A stretch of DNA of 34,780 bases from a virus (Duplodnaviria; Caudoviricetes). The notes beneath the pieces are model-generated. The model did no database searches. It saw only the letters and a list, made by a program, of their open reading frames with translations, and was not told the origin of the DNA. The position numbers and the translations under genes were made by a program. Every line of letters starts with the position of its first letter. The stretch's first letter is position 1. The DNA lies in the IMG/VR virus record IMGVR_UViG_3300020381_000027, positions 1 through 34,780 of that record; one strand, given 5' to 3'. Below, piece after piece: positions 9,937 through 19,202 of this stretch.

Positions 9937-10707
9937 ATGGCTAATGAAATAAAAGCTAAACAAAACGGATCAGTTGCATTGTTCGGTAACGATCTGCAAA
10001 AAGGTTTTGAAAACATGACGCAAGAAGATATGGCGTTACCGTTTATCAGAATCTTGGGTCAACTTTCGCCACAAGTGACGGAAGGAGATCCAAAGTTTGT
10101 AGTGGGTGCCAAACCAGGCATGATCTACAATACTGTTACCAACGAATTATTCGATGGTAAAAAAGGTATCAAGGTTATTCCTTGTTACTATAAAAAAGAC
10201 TATCCGGAATGGTCTGATAGAGGTGAAGGCAATGCAGCTCCTGTTGCTACACACTCACCAGGTAGTCCGGTTATCCAAACAGGTAAAAGAGATGGCTCTA
10301 AAATTAGATTACCAAATGGTAACTATTTAGAAGAGACTGCTTATTACTATGTGATGGTAGAAAAAAAACAAGGCGGATACAGTCCTGCTTTAATTACCAT
10401 GAAATCAACACAGTTGAGCGTCAGTAAGAAATGGAATTCAATGATGAAGTCTGTTCAAATTGACGATGGTAGAGGCGGATTTGCTGTACCTCCTATGCAT
10501 GGGGTAGTTTACACTCTTCAATCAAATCTACAAAAGAACGATAAAGGTTCTTGGTATGGTTGGGTGGTAACTATGGACAGAATAATGGGACAAAAAGATA
10601 AGACTTTGTATTTAAGTGCAAAAGACTTTTCAGGAAATGTCTCAAAAGGTAACGTGCAAACAAAAGCAGATGTGGAAGAGACATCTCAAACTAAAACACC
10701 GTTTTAG
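9937..10707 (+). CDS. Putative single-stranded DNA-binding protein
   Basis: GGAGG RBS; aromatic-rich beta region (GSWYGW); C-terminal tail ending in PF like SSB tails; replication context. Confidence 0.6.
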   Translation: MANEIKAKQNGSVALFGNDLQKGFENMTQEDMALPFIRILGQLSPQVTEGDPKFVVGAKPGMIYNTVTNELFDGKKGIKVIPCYYKKDYPEWSDRGEGNAAPVATHSPGSPVIQTGKRDGSKIRLPNGNYLEETAYYYVMVEKKQGGYSPALITMKSTQLSVSKKWNSMMKSVQIDDGRGGFAVPPMHGVVYTLQSNLQKNDKGSWYGWVVTMDRIMGQKDKTLYLSAKDFSGNVSKGNVQTKADVEETSQTKTPF

Positions 10708-10718
10708 TTTTTTAAAAA

Positions 10719-10846
10719 ATTCTATCCAGTGCAACTTTCTGGTGGAATCAAATAAGGGTGGTTTTCTCCTTTTTATGTTAAGTTACCGCCCTTGTTTAAA
10801 ATAGAGTGAAGGTGATTTTTTTATGTTATTGGTCATCTTCACTCTA
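10719..10846 (+). ncRNA. Candidate structured RNA: three tandem hairpins
   Basis: Stems at 10719-10748, 10750-10797 and 10802-10846. Mismatches are G-U on the + strand; loops 2 and 3 share TTTTTATGTTA. Confidence 0.55.
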
Positions 10847-10861
10847 ACAAAAGAATAAGAA

Positions 10862-12397
10862 ATGATAATGAAAAATGAAAAATTTAAAAATATATTTGAA
10901 GGTTTAAAAATTGCCTATGGACAATATCAAAAAGGTGAAAGAGGAGAAAATGGTAAACAAAAAGGAAAAGCATTTATTGTTAGAAAACAAATCACAGACG
11001 ATTTGTGGCAAAATCATGTCGAAGGTAAAGGCCCTGCACTTGGAATTATCCCAATTACCGAGTCCAATACTTGTAAGTGGGGCTGCATTGATATTGATGA
11101 GTATAATCTCAATCATCATGATCTTATATCTAGGATCCGAGATTTTGGTTTCCCCTTAATAGTATGTCGCTCTAAATCAGGAGGAGCACATGTATTTTTA
11201 TTTACAAGAGAATTTATATCTGCTGCACTCATGCAGCAAACTCTCAAACGAATTGCAAAAGTTTTAGGATATGAAGGTTGTGAAATCTTTCCTAAACAAA
11301 CAGAAATACTTGTGGAACGTGGGGACACAGGTAACTTTTTAAATTTACCCTACTACAATGGAACGAAAGGATTACGATATGCTATCAACGATACTGGCTC
11401 CTCTTGTACACTTGAGGAATTTTATGAGCTCTATGATGTTTGTGCGTGCACAAGGCAAGAGGTGGAGAAAATTAAAGTCGAAGAGAAAAAAATAGAAGAG
11501 GCTTTTCCTGCGGGACCCCCTTGCTTAAATAAACTGGCATCAGTTGGTTTTGGTGAGGGGTCTAGGAACAATGCATTATTTAATATAGCTGTTTATTATA
11601 AACAATCACACCCAGATAGTTGGGAAGATAAAATTGTAGAAGCTAATTCAAAATATATGGACCCAAAGTTAAGTAACAGTGAGGTTCAACAATTAATTAA
11701 ATCTGTAAATAGAAAAGGTTATGACAAGTATAGATGTAAAGACGCACCAATTAACGCGGTCTGTCAATCAGGTTTGTGTAGAACAAAACGTTTTGGTGTA
11801 GGCTATGGTGAAGAAGAGATGCCTGTGTTAGGCAATCTAACTAAATATAAATCAAATCCACCACAATGGTTTTTAGATGTCAGTGGAACGCGGATCGAAT
11901 TAACCTCTGAACAATTATATAGCCCACCTTTATTTGCATTAGCATGTTTAGATCAAGCTAATCTAGTTGTGCCTGTTCCAAAATCAAGAGATTGGAAACA
12001 ATATTTTTTAAAACCAATGATGCAAAATTTACAAGAAGTAGAACCTTTGGAATCTTTAAATCCAATAAATCAAATTACAGGACTACTACAAGACTGGACT
12101 ACCAATAGACAATCAGCAAGAACAATGGATGATATATTTAATAAACTTCCGTTCACAGATGAAGATAAAGAATTTACATACTTTAGAATGGACGATTTTT
12201 ATGCATTCTGTAAAAAAAATAATTGGGATCAAGACAAAACTAAAACAGGTAATTTAATTAAAAGATTAGAAAATGTTTTTGTTGAAGAGGTAAGAATAGC
12301 AATTAAAAAACAATATCCAAGACTTATAAAAATTAAAACTATGAAAAAAGTAGATACAACAATTTCTAAAGTTCAGTATCACCAGGAGGCTTTTTGA
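10862..12397 (+). CDS. Primase-polymerase (AEP superfamily) with PriCT-like domain
   Basis: WGCIDID (DxD), RSKSGGAH (motif II), EGSRNNALF (PriCT-1-like). Confidence 0.82.
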   Translation: MIMKNEKFKNIFEGLKIAYGQYQKGERGENGKQKGKAFIVRKQITDDLWQNHVEGKGPALGIIPITESNTCKWGCIDIDEYNLNHHDLISRIRDFGFPLIVCRSKSGGAHVFLFTREFISAALMQQTLKRIAKVLGYEGCEIFPKQTEILVERGDTGNFLNLPYYNGTKGLRYAINDTGSSCTLEEFYELYDVCACTRQEVEKIKVEEKKIEEAFPAGPPCLNKLASVGFGEGSRNNALFNIAVYYKQSHPDSWEDKIVEANSKYMDPKLSNSEVQQLIKSVNRKGYDKYRCKDAPINAVCQSGLCRTKRFGVGYGEEEMPVLGNLTKYKSNPPQWFLDVSGTRIELTSEQLYSPPLFALACLDQANLVVPVPKSRDWKQYFLKPMMQNLQEVEPLESLNPINQITGLLQDWTTNRQSARTMDDIFNKLPFTDEDKEFTYFRMDDFYAFCKKNNWDQDKTKTGNLIKRLENVFVEEVRIAIKKQYPRLIKIKTMKKVDTTISKVQYHQEAF

Positions 12398-13905
12398 TGA
12401 AGACAATTATATTAGGACCACCTGGTACAGGAAAAACTACAACGTTATTAAATTTGGTTGATCAGTTTATTCAACAAGGTATTAGACCAAAACAAATAGG
12501 ATACTTTTCTTTTACTAGAAAAGCAGCAAGAGAAGCAGCAACAAGAGCAGCTGAAAAGTTTGGTCTTGATGTAGAAAATGATTTAGAAAATTTTAGAACA
12601 TTACATTCTTTTGCTTTTAAACGTTTAGCTATGACAAAAGAAAAAATGATGACGTCCGAAGATTATAAAGAGTTTGGTAAATTAGTTGGTGTACCTATTA
12701 AAACAGCAAGACATTCTGAAGATGACGGCACATTTAATTCTGATAATGAATACTTAACTATTATGAATACGGCTAGAGTTAAACGAATGGATCTATTGGA
12801 ATACTATGACTCTAGACAAAATATATTAGATATAGAAAGAGATACACTTTATTTATTATCTGAAGAATTAAAACGATATAAAAAAGAAAAAGGTTTAAAA
12901 GACTTTACAGATTTATTAGAAAATTTTATTGAACAAGAAAACAAACCTAGCTTTGAAGCCTTGTTTATTGACGAAGCGCAAGATTTATCTTTGATACAAT
13001 GGGAAATGGTTAGATCTATGTGGGTAAATGCAAAAAAAACATACATAGCTGGTGACGATGATCAAGCTATATTTAAATGGGCTGGTGCAGACGTAGATCA
13101 TTTTATAGCATTAAAAACAGAAGTTAATGATATTAAAATATTAGATCAATCATATCGAATACCTGGTGGACCCATACACGAACTATCACAAAAAATAATT
13201 ACTAAAGTACAGAATAGATTTAATAAAGATTACAAACCCAGAACAGAACATGGCATCTTACGTAGATATTCTGATGTTACACAAGTAAATATGTCTAAAG
13301 GTAATTGGTTGGTATTATCATCAGCTAATCATTTTCTTGATGATGTAAAAGATTTATGTGAATTACAAGGTTGGTACTATCAACATCGAGGTTGTAACTC
13401 TGTACCATTAAAACTTCTTATGGCTTTAAATAATTGGGAACATTGGCGTAAAGGAGATTTATTAGGCCACATAGAAATAAAAAATATATATGAATATCTT
13501 GGATCAAATGTATTACCTGGTTTTAAAACAGGTAAACTTTTACATTCTGAAGATAAATACACATTAAAAGAATGTATGGAGAAGTATGGCTTACTTACAG
13601 ATAAAGTTTGGTATGAATCTTTTGATGGTTTAGATACCATTACAGAAAACTACATTCGTAACATGCGGGCGAATGGAGAACAGATAAACAAAAATCCGCG
13701 TATCATTATGTCAACAATACATGGAGCGAAAGGAGGAGAAGCCGATAAAGTTTTGCTTATGCAAGATCTTACAAATGCAGCGCTAGAAACAATGAGTTAT
13801 GACCCAGATGAATTACATAGATTATTTTATACTGGAGCGACGAGAGCGAAGCGTGAATTGCATGTGTTAGATCCAAAGAATTTTGATCGAGCTTATATAT
13901 TATGA
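12397..13905 (+). CDS. UvrD/Rep-family (SF1) DNA helicase
   Basis: GPPGTGKTT, DEAQD, GDDDQAIF, QSYR, TIHGAKGGE, YTGATRAK. Confidence 0.93.
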   Translation: MKTIILGPPGTGKTTTLLNLVDQFIQQGIRPKQIGYFSFTRKAAREAATRAAEKFGLDVENDLENFRTLHSFAFKRLAMTKEKMMTSEDYKEFGKLVGVPIKTARHSEDDGTFNSDNEYLTIMNTARVKRMDLLEYYDSRQNILDIERDTLYLLSEELKRYKKEKGLKDFTDLLENFIEQENKPSFEALFIDEAQDLSLIQWEMVRSMWVNAKKTYIAGDDDQAIFKWAGADVDHFIALKTEVNDIKILDQSYRIPGGPIHELSQKIITKVQNRFNKDYKPRTEHGILRRYSDVTQVNMSKGNWLVLSSANHFLDDVKDLCELQGWYYQHRGCNSVPLKLLMALNNWEHWRKGDLLGHIEIKNIYEYLGSNVLPGFKTGKLLHSEDKYTLKECMEKYGLLTDKVWYESFDGLDTITENYIRNMRANGEQINKNPRIIMSTIHGAKGGEADKVLLMQDLTNAALETMSYDPDELHRLFYTGATRAKRELHVLDPKNFDRAYIL

Positions 13906-14240
13906 GGATAGAAGATATTTGTTATTTGTCAGGATTGTTTGATGCAGATGGATGTGCATCTAGTCATGTGGCAAGAAAAAAAGAATCTAATTATACAATT
14001 AAAGTTCATACTTGTGAAATATCGATGACCAATAAAGAGGTTATTTATTGGGTTAAAAATGTATTAGGTTTTGGGAATATTCATTACAAAAAGAAAGTAG
14101 GAGGTATGGGTAAAAAACCACAGTGGAGATATAGAGTTACACATAAGTTAGCTTTAAAATTTGCAAACATAGTTTTGCCATACAGCATGGTTAAAAAAAA
14201 TAAATTAGAGGAGATAATAAAACATTATGAAAAGTCTTAA
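13902..14240 (+). CDS. Free-standing single-motif LAGLIDADG homing endonuclease
   Basis: YLSGLFDADG motif, followed by EISMTN, LGFGNI and WRYRV elements typical of the fold. Confidence 0.82.
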   Translation: MRIEDICYLSGLFDADGCASSHVARKKESNYTIKVHTCEISMTNKEVIYWVKNVLGFGNIHYKKKVGGMGKKPQWRYRVTHKLALKFANIVLPYSMVKKNKLEEIIKHYEKS

Positions 14241-14433
14241 GAAACAAATAGGTGGTTCACACTACCGAAATTTTGTCATTCAGCCCGCAGAATTCATTAA
14301 CAAGAATAGGTTGCTTTTTGCGGAAGCCAACGCTATAAAGTATATATGTAGGCATTCCAAAAAGGGAGGCATACAAGATATAGATAAGGCAATACATTAT
14401 CTAGAAATGGTAAAGGAGAGAGACTACACGTGA
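14227..14433 (+). CDS. DUF3310 protein (T7 gp1.7-like nucleotide kinase family)
   Basis: GGSHY...NAIKYICR...KGGIQDIDKAIHYL signature. Confidence 0.85.
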   Translation: MKSLKKQIGGSHYRNFVIQPAEFINKNRLLFAEANAIKYICRHSKKGGIQDIDKAIHYLEMVKERDYT

Positions 14434-16292
14434 GAAGCACACAGATACCCCTATTTACCCCTGAAACAGAATGGGTTATGCCAGATGAATTAAAAGATCT
14501 GCGCGGAGCCAAAGAAATAGCAATAGATTTAGAAACTAATGATCCACACCTAAAAGAGTTAGGCTCTGGTAATGTAACTGGAAAAGGGCACATTGCTGGC
14601 GTTGCGGTGGCCGTAGAAGGGTGGTCAGGCTATTATCCGATACATCACGAGCAAGGTGGTAATATGGACAAAAATTTAGTGTTTGATTGGCTTAAAGATT
14701 TATTCAAACAAGAAGATACAACCTTCATTTTTCACAATGCTATGTATGATATTTGTTGGTTAAGGTCAGCAGGACTGACCATTAAAGGACCCATAATGGA
14801 CACTATGATAGCGGCTTCTTTGATTGATGAGAATAGACTTTCTTATCAATTAAATACACTTTCAAAACATTATGTCGGTATAGGTAAAGATGAAAAAATT
14901 TTAATAGAAGCAGCAAAAGAATATGGATTAAATGCTAAAGCAGATATGTGGAGATTACCACCAATGTTTGTAGGTCAATATGCAGAACGTGATGCAGAGG
15001 CAACATTAAAACTTTGGCAAAGATTAAAAGTAGAATTGTATAATCAAGAATTGATGGACATATTTAATTTAGAAACAAGATTATTTCCATGTCTTGTTGA
15101 TATGAGATTCAAAGGTGTGAGAGTTGATTTAGAAAAAGCACAAAATATTAAACAAAATTTAATTAAAAGGGAAGAAAAAATTATACAAAATATAAAAAAA
15201 ATGACTGGTATTGAAGTAGAAATTATGGCAGCCAGATCTATAGCAAAAGCTTTTGATAAACTAAAGCTTCCATATGATAGAACAGAAAAAAGTAAAGAAC
15301 CAAGTTTTACAAAAAACTTTTTACAAAATCATCCACATGAATTACCAAGATCAATTGCAGAAGCAAGAGAATTAAATAAAGCTCATACAACATTTATAGA
15401 TTCTATAACTAAACATGCAGTTAATGGAAGAATACATGCAGACATAAATCAAATTAGATCAGATCAAGGTGGAACAGTTACAGGAAGATTTAGTATGAGT
15501 AATCCAAACTTACAACAGATACCGGCAAGACATCCTGAACTTGGTCCAATGATTAGATCTATATTTATTCCAGAAGAAAAACATGTTTGGGGTTCATTTG
15601 ATTACTCACAACAAGAGCCAAGAATTTTAGTGCATTACGCAAAATTACAAAATTTAGAAGGAGTTGATGAAATTGTAGATGCATACAATGCAGGAGACGC
15701 AGACTTTCACCAAGTTGTTGCAGACATGGCAGGCATAGAGCGTAAACAAGCCAAGACAATTAATTTAGGTTTAATGTATGGTATGGGTAAAAATAAATTA
15801 ATGGCCGAACTAGGTTTAATGAAAGAGTCAGCAGAGAAATTAATTAGACAATATCATACCAAAGCTCCATTTGTAAAAAAACTAATGGACAATGTATCTC
15901 GTAAAGCAAATGACAGAGGTAAAATCAGAACTTTATTAGGACGTGCATGTCATTTCGATTTATGGCAACCTGTACAATTTGGTGTATTCAAACCATTACC
16001 ATTAGAGATAGCAAGAAAAGAATATGATGAGCCATTAAAAAGAGCATTTACTTACAAGGCTTTAAATAAATTGATACAAGGAAGCGCAGCAGACATGACA
16101 AAAAAATCTATGGTAGCTTTGTATGAAAATGGTATAATACCACACATACAGATTCATGATGAGGTAGATATATCTGTTGAGTCTGATAAAAAAGCAGAGG
16201 AAATAATACAGATTATGGAAGCTGCTGTAGAATTAAAAGTCCCTAACAAAGTAGATTATGAGAAGGGAGATAACTGGGGTGAAATTAAGTAA
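14430..16292 (+). CDS. polA: Family A DNA polymerase with 3'-5' exonuclease
   Basis: Exo I DLET, Exo II HNAMYD, Exo III YAERDA; motif A DYSQQEPR, motif B KTINLGLMYG, motif C QIHDE; GTG start. Confidence 0.96.
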   Translation: MRSTQIPLFTPETEWVMPDELKDLRGAKEIAIDLETNDPHLKELGSGNVTGKGHIAGVAVAVEGWSGYYPIHHEQGGNMDKNLVFDWLKDLFKQEDTTFIFHNAMYDICWLRSAGLTIKGPIMDTMIAASLIDENRLSYQLNTLSKHYVGIGKDEKILIEAAKEYGLNAKADMWRLPPMFVGQYAERDAEATLKLWQRLKVELYNQELMDIFNLETRLFPCLVDMRFKGVRVDLEKAQNIKQNLIKREEKIIQNIKKMTGIEVEIMAARSIAKAFDKLKLPYDRTEKSKEPSFTKNFLQNHPHELPRSIAEARELNKAHTTFIDSITKHAVNGRIHADINQIRSDQGGTVTGRFSMSNPNLQQIPARHPELGPMIRSIFIPEEKHVWGSFDYSQQEPRILVHYAKLQNLEGVDEIVDAYNAGDADFHQVVADMAGIERKQAKTINLGLMYGMGKNKLMAELGLMKESAEKLIRQYHTKAPFVKKLMDNVSRKANDRGKIRTLLGRACHFDLWQPVQFGVFKPLPLEIARKEYDEPLKRAFTYKALNKLIQGSAADMTKKSMVALYENGIIPHIQIHDEVDISVESDKKAEEIIQIMEAAVELKVPNKVDYEKGDNWGEIK

Positions 16293-16936
16293 TGGCATAT
16301 TTAAATGCAAACATACCGGCGACATACGCCCAAATAAGAAAAGAATATCTCTATGATCTTAAAAAACATCATGGCGAAGTTGAAGACTGTATTATCTTTG
16401 GTCTTACAAGTATGGGCGGGAGGGCTATACTTTTTCACGCTATCATGGGTAACGGTGCAATCTTTTATCGCCTACCTATTAGCGCGTTTATTCAACAAGG
16501 ATATAGACCAGAAGACGTTCCCAAGCGACGTCTTGATGAATTGGAGCTTTGGAATTCTTTCTCTTATTATCCTACTGTTATTACTTGGAATATTTTAAGT
16601 GCAGCCTCTGGTAAATACATTGGTAAAGATAAAAAATGGCATCATGGTAGATACCTATTTACCGTTGACTGGGCTCACCCAGATGGTAATATACTAGATA
16701 CTGACCATTCGGAGATTCCGCACGAACATAAGTGCGCTCACATAATTGCTCTTGATGATGGCAATTTTGCAGCACAACCTAACAATAGATGTATTTGGGA
16801 TTTACCTTCTTTCACTGTGAAAGACAACATCCCTGATTGGAAAGTGCAAACTAACGAGTGGAACGTTGAAGATACAGGTAAGTGGAAAACAGAAGATACT
16901 GATAGTTTCTTCTATGAAATTGAGGAAAAAAAATGA
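16292..16936 (+). CDS. Hypothetical phage protein
   Basis: 214 aa, TAATG-coupled to polA; contains EHKCAH and QPNNR segments. Confidence 0.8.
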   Translation: MAYLNANIPATYAQIRKEYLYDLKKHHGEVEDCIIFGLTSMGGRAILFHAIMGNGAIFYRLPISAFIQQGYRPEDVPKRRLDELELWNSFSYYPTVITWNILSAASGKYIGKDKKWHHGRYLFTVDWAHPDGNILDTDHSEIPHEHKCAHIIALDDGNFAAQPNNRCIWDLPSFTVKDNIPDWKVQTNEWNVEDTGKWKTEDTDSFFYEIEEKK

Positions 16937-17022
16937 GTGAAAAATTTATAAATCCGATATGGGCTTGGATTAAAAAGATCTGGAGAAAAATAACCAACTT
17001 TATATCAAAAAAATTTGATTAA
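16933..17022 (+). CDS. 29-aa cationic amphipathic peptide
   Basis: Hand-translated MSEKFINPIWAWIKKIWRKITNFISKKFD; GAGG RBS and ATGA overlap. Confidence 0.6.
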   Translation: MSEKFINPIWAWIKKIWRKITNFISKKFD

Positions 17023-17043
17023 TTCTTAACGCGCGTATAAGAT
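17015..17043 (+). promoter_or_regulatory. Sigma70-type promoter
   Basis: TTGATT-17 bp-TAAGAT. Confidence 0.5.
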
Positions 17044-17044
17044 A

Positions 17045-17072
17045 GGGTGATAACGGGAGACTGATATCACCC
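17045..17072 (+). other. RNA hairpin with GAGA (GNRA) tetraloop
   Basis: GGGTGATA-a-CGG-GAGA-CTG-a-TATCACCC. Confidence 0.55.
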
Positions 17073-17081
17073 GCTAAAAAT

Positions 17082-17252
17082 ATGAAAACAATACCCGACG
17101 CGATAAGCGACATAAAAAGGTTTACGAGAAGAGCGATAGATATACCATTATCTTGGATAGAACACATTGGTAGTAAGATGAATGTGTATGCCTGGAACAA
17201 GAGATGGGGAAACAGAAGAAAAGGCTATGGCTACAGAAACGAAGACTTGTAA
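17082..17252 (+). CDS. 56-aa hypothetical protein
   Basis: Hand-translated MKTIPDAISDIKRF...YAWNKRWGNRRKGYGYRNEDL. Confidence 0.6.
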   Translation: MKTIPDAISDIKRFTRRAIDIPLSWIEHIGSKMNVYAWNKRWGNRRKGYGYRNEDL

Positions 17253-17337
17253 AAATTGTTACCACGAGTGCCATTGTGATGGAGATTTACACGCAGACGA
17301 ATACGGTGTTTGTGTTTGTGATGAATGTAAATGTTAA
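17227..17337 (+). CDS. 36-aa Cys/His-rich metallothionein-like peptide
   Basis: MATETKTCKNCYHECHCDGDLHADEYGVCVCDECKC: 8 Cys and 3 His. Confidence 0.7.
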   Translation: MATETKTCKNCYHECHCDGDLHADEYGVCVCDECKC

Positions 17338-17352
17338 TGAGGGAGTTTAGTT

Positions 17353-17436
17353 ATGAGATGGCTAAAAAAACTATGGAACTGTTACGTAAACTGGTTATTT
17401 AATGAGCACAAAAAATATGAAAAAAAGCAAAAGTAA
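17353..17436 (+). CDS. 27-aa Trp/Lys amphipathic peptide
   Basis: MRWLKKLWNCYVNWLFNEHKKYEKKQK with GAGGGAG RBS. Confidence 0.55.
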   Translation: MRWLKKLWNCYVNWLFNEHKKYEKKQK

Positions 17437-17728
17437 ATTAGATTGGTTCAAAAAAAATATTGTGATTGTTCCAGTAATTGGTGCAATACTAGCTGGAACA
17501 ATTACGTCCGTTCGTTATGTTTTTACTATGACGGACACTATTCAAATTAATAAAGAAATATTAGAAACTGTAACACAAGATTTAGCACTTCAAAAAGAAG
17601 TGCTTAACGATGTAAAAAATAGATTAGCCAGAGCAGAGGCTACTTGGGATATGGCAGAAAATATATTTCAACAACTAGCAGACCAGGTAAGACAACATGA
17701 ATACGATATCAAAGATCTTAACAGGTAA
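17402..17728 (+). CDS. N-terminally membrane-anchored coiled-coil protein
   Basis: TM IVIVPVIGAILAGTI followed by heptads; true start may be 17417. Confidence 0.7.
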   Translation: MSTKNMKKSKSKLDWFKKNIVIVPVIGAILAGTITSVRYVFTMTDTIQINKEILETVTQDLALQKEVLNDVKNRLARAEATWDMAENIFQQLADQVRQHEYDIKDLNR

Positions 17729-18197
17729 TTTATTTTGGATTATCTTCTTTTTGTTTGTAGTAACATCAGCACAAGCACGTAATGAATATTTAAATGACGG
17801 TACCAACAGCTGCGATCAAGGTAGTTGGGAAGCATATACAGAAGTGAGACAGCATGAATATAAAAGTGGTAATAATGATGAATCACAAAACCAAACACTA
17901 GGTTTTAGATTTAGAAAATCTATTGGTCCTGTGTGTGATGAAGAGTATGCTGAAGAACAAAGATTAAAACAAAAATTAAAAACACAATTAGAATTAGTAA
18001 AAGAGTGTAAAAGAGTGCCTAGAATTAACCCACCACCTGTAGAATTTGCTGAATTAATTAACATGTGTATGAAATTAGGGGTCATGTCTACTGCTAGCTT
18101 TGATGAAAGACCTGATGCTAGCATTAGTTACTGGACTGTGTTAAAAGATGGGTGGAAAAAAGAAAATCCGGATAGACCGGTATTTGAAGGACAATGA
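17697..18197 (+). CDS. Secreted/periplasmic protein
   Basis: Signal peptide ending SAQA; four Cys. Confidence 0.7.
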   Translation: MNTISKILTGNLFWIIFFLFVVTSAQARNEYLNDGTNSCDQGSWEAYTEVRQHEYKSGNNDESQNQTLGFRFRKSIGPVCDEEYAEEQRLKQKLKTQLELVKECKRVPRINPPPVEFAELINMCMKLGVMSTASFDERPDASISYWTVLKDGWKKENPDRPVFEGQ

Positions 18198-18613
18198 GTA
18201 AACCATTAAAAATATCAGAAGAAGCAGCTGTGCAAATGCCTATGAAAACGGTTGCTAGTTTGATTGCAATGGTTGCAATCGGAACCTGGGCATATTTTGG
18301 TTTGCACGAAACACTTAACTCACACTCAACACAACTAGAATTAATATCAAAAGATTTAGAACAAAATACAGAATTTAGAATTAAATATCCAAGAGGACAA
18401 TTGGGTAAGTCTTCTGGTGAAGCAGAGCTCTACATGTTAGTAGAAGATCTTTATAAATCTGTAGATCGTCTTAACAAAGCTATTGAAGACGGTATGCACA
18501 ACAAAGTTAATATAGAATTTTTACAGAAACAAGTAGAAAAAGCTGTTAATGATATTGAAAAATTAAAAGACAAACAAAGAGAGTTTGCAAATGGTAATGG
18601 GCAGAAGTATTAG
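18194..18613 (+). CDS. Membrane-anchored coiled-coil protein
   Basis: TM VASLIAMVAIGTWAYF followed by coiled coil. Confidence 0.7.
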   Translation: MSKPLKISEEAAVQMPMKTVASLIAMVAIGTWAYFGLHETLNSHSTQLELISKDLEQNTEFRIKYPRGQLGKSSGEAELYMLVEDLYKSVDRLNKAIEDGMHNKVNIEFLQKQVEKAVNDIEKLKDKQREFANGNGQKY

Positions 18614-18770
18614 AAAAGAAAAAGGAAAAATGCACGATGGTAAATCTCGTGTATCTAATGACCTATATAGAAGAAGATGGGATGAAATTTTTGGTAGCCC
18701 TAAAGGTGTTGTTATAACTGAAGCATCGTTTAAGAGTAGAGATTACGAAACTAAAAAGGAAGGTAGATAA
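18585..18770 (+). CDS. Hypothetical protein
   Basis: DGKSRVSNDLYRRRWDEIF; coupled to neighbours. Confidence 0.6.
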   Translation: MQMVMGRSIRKEKGKMHDGKSRVSNDLYRRRWDEIFGSPKGVVITEASFKSRDYETKKEGR

Positions 18771-18979
18771 TGGTAGAAACTGTAGTGGCACTCTTAATGT
18801 TTATCAACGGAGAGATTAAAGAGCATAGAATACAAGAGAATATGGCAACCTGCCTACGTGGTAAGAGAGTTGCAGAAAGAGATTATAATCCAAGTGTAAG
18901 TTACAAATGTATTAAATCAAAAGCAGAAACAGAAATATACATGGGTCAGAAAAGTATTAAAAAAATTATTTTAGAATAA
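18770..18979 (+). CDS. Small hypothetical protein with two Cys
   Basis: GGAAGG RBS; TAATG coupling. Confidence 0.7.
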   Translation: MVETVVALLMFINGEIKEHRIQENMATCLRGKRVAERDYNPSVSYKCIKSKAETEIYMGQKSIKKIILE

Positions 18980-18980
18980 T

Positions 18981-19202
18981 ATGACAGAAAAAAATTGGAA
19001 ACAAAAAGTTTTGGAGACTGAAATCGTATCAGGAAATTGTCCTGAATGTGATATGTATACTATATTAGTAGGTCTTAATAGATCTTTTTATAGATGCACA
19101 AACTGTGGACATGATGTTGAGCAATGGGTAAATGGTGTGATTAAATACATGAAGGTAGATAAGAATACCAAGATAACTATGATCGACGATGGCCAGAGCT
19201 AA
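18981..19202 (+). CDS. Zinc-ribbon protein
   Basis: CPEC...CTNC. Confidence 0.72.
   Translation: MTEKNWKQKVLETEIVSGNCPECDMYTILVGLNRSFYRCTNCGHDVEQWVNGVIKYMKVDKNTKITMIDDGQS

Noticed and set aside
10616-10804. 62-aa ORF across the SSB end and hairpins
   Set aside because: Overlaps the SSB out of frame, has no RBS, and the region is better explained by RNA structure.
13902-14240. Group I intron or intein around the LAGLIDADG ORF
   Set aside because: Flanking genes are intact and overlap it directly; there is no room for ribozyme structure and no intein termini.
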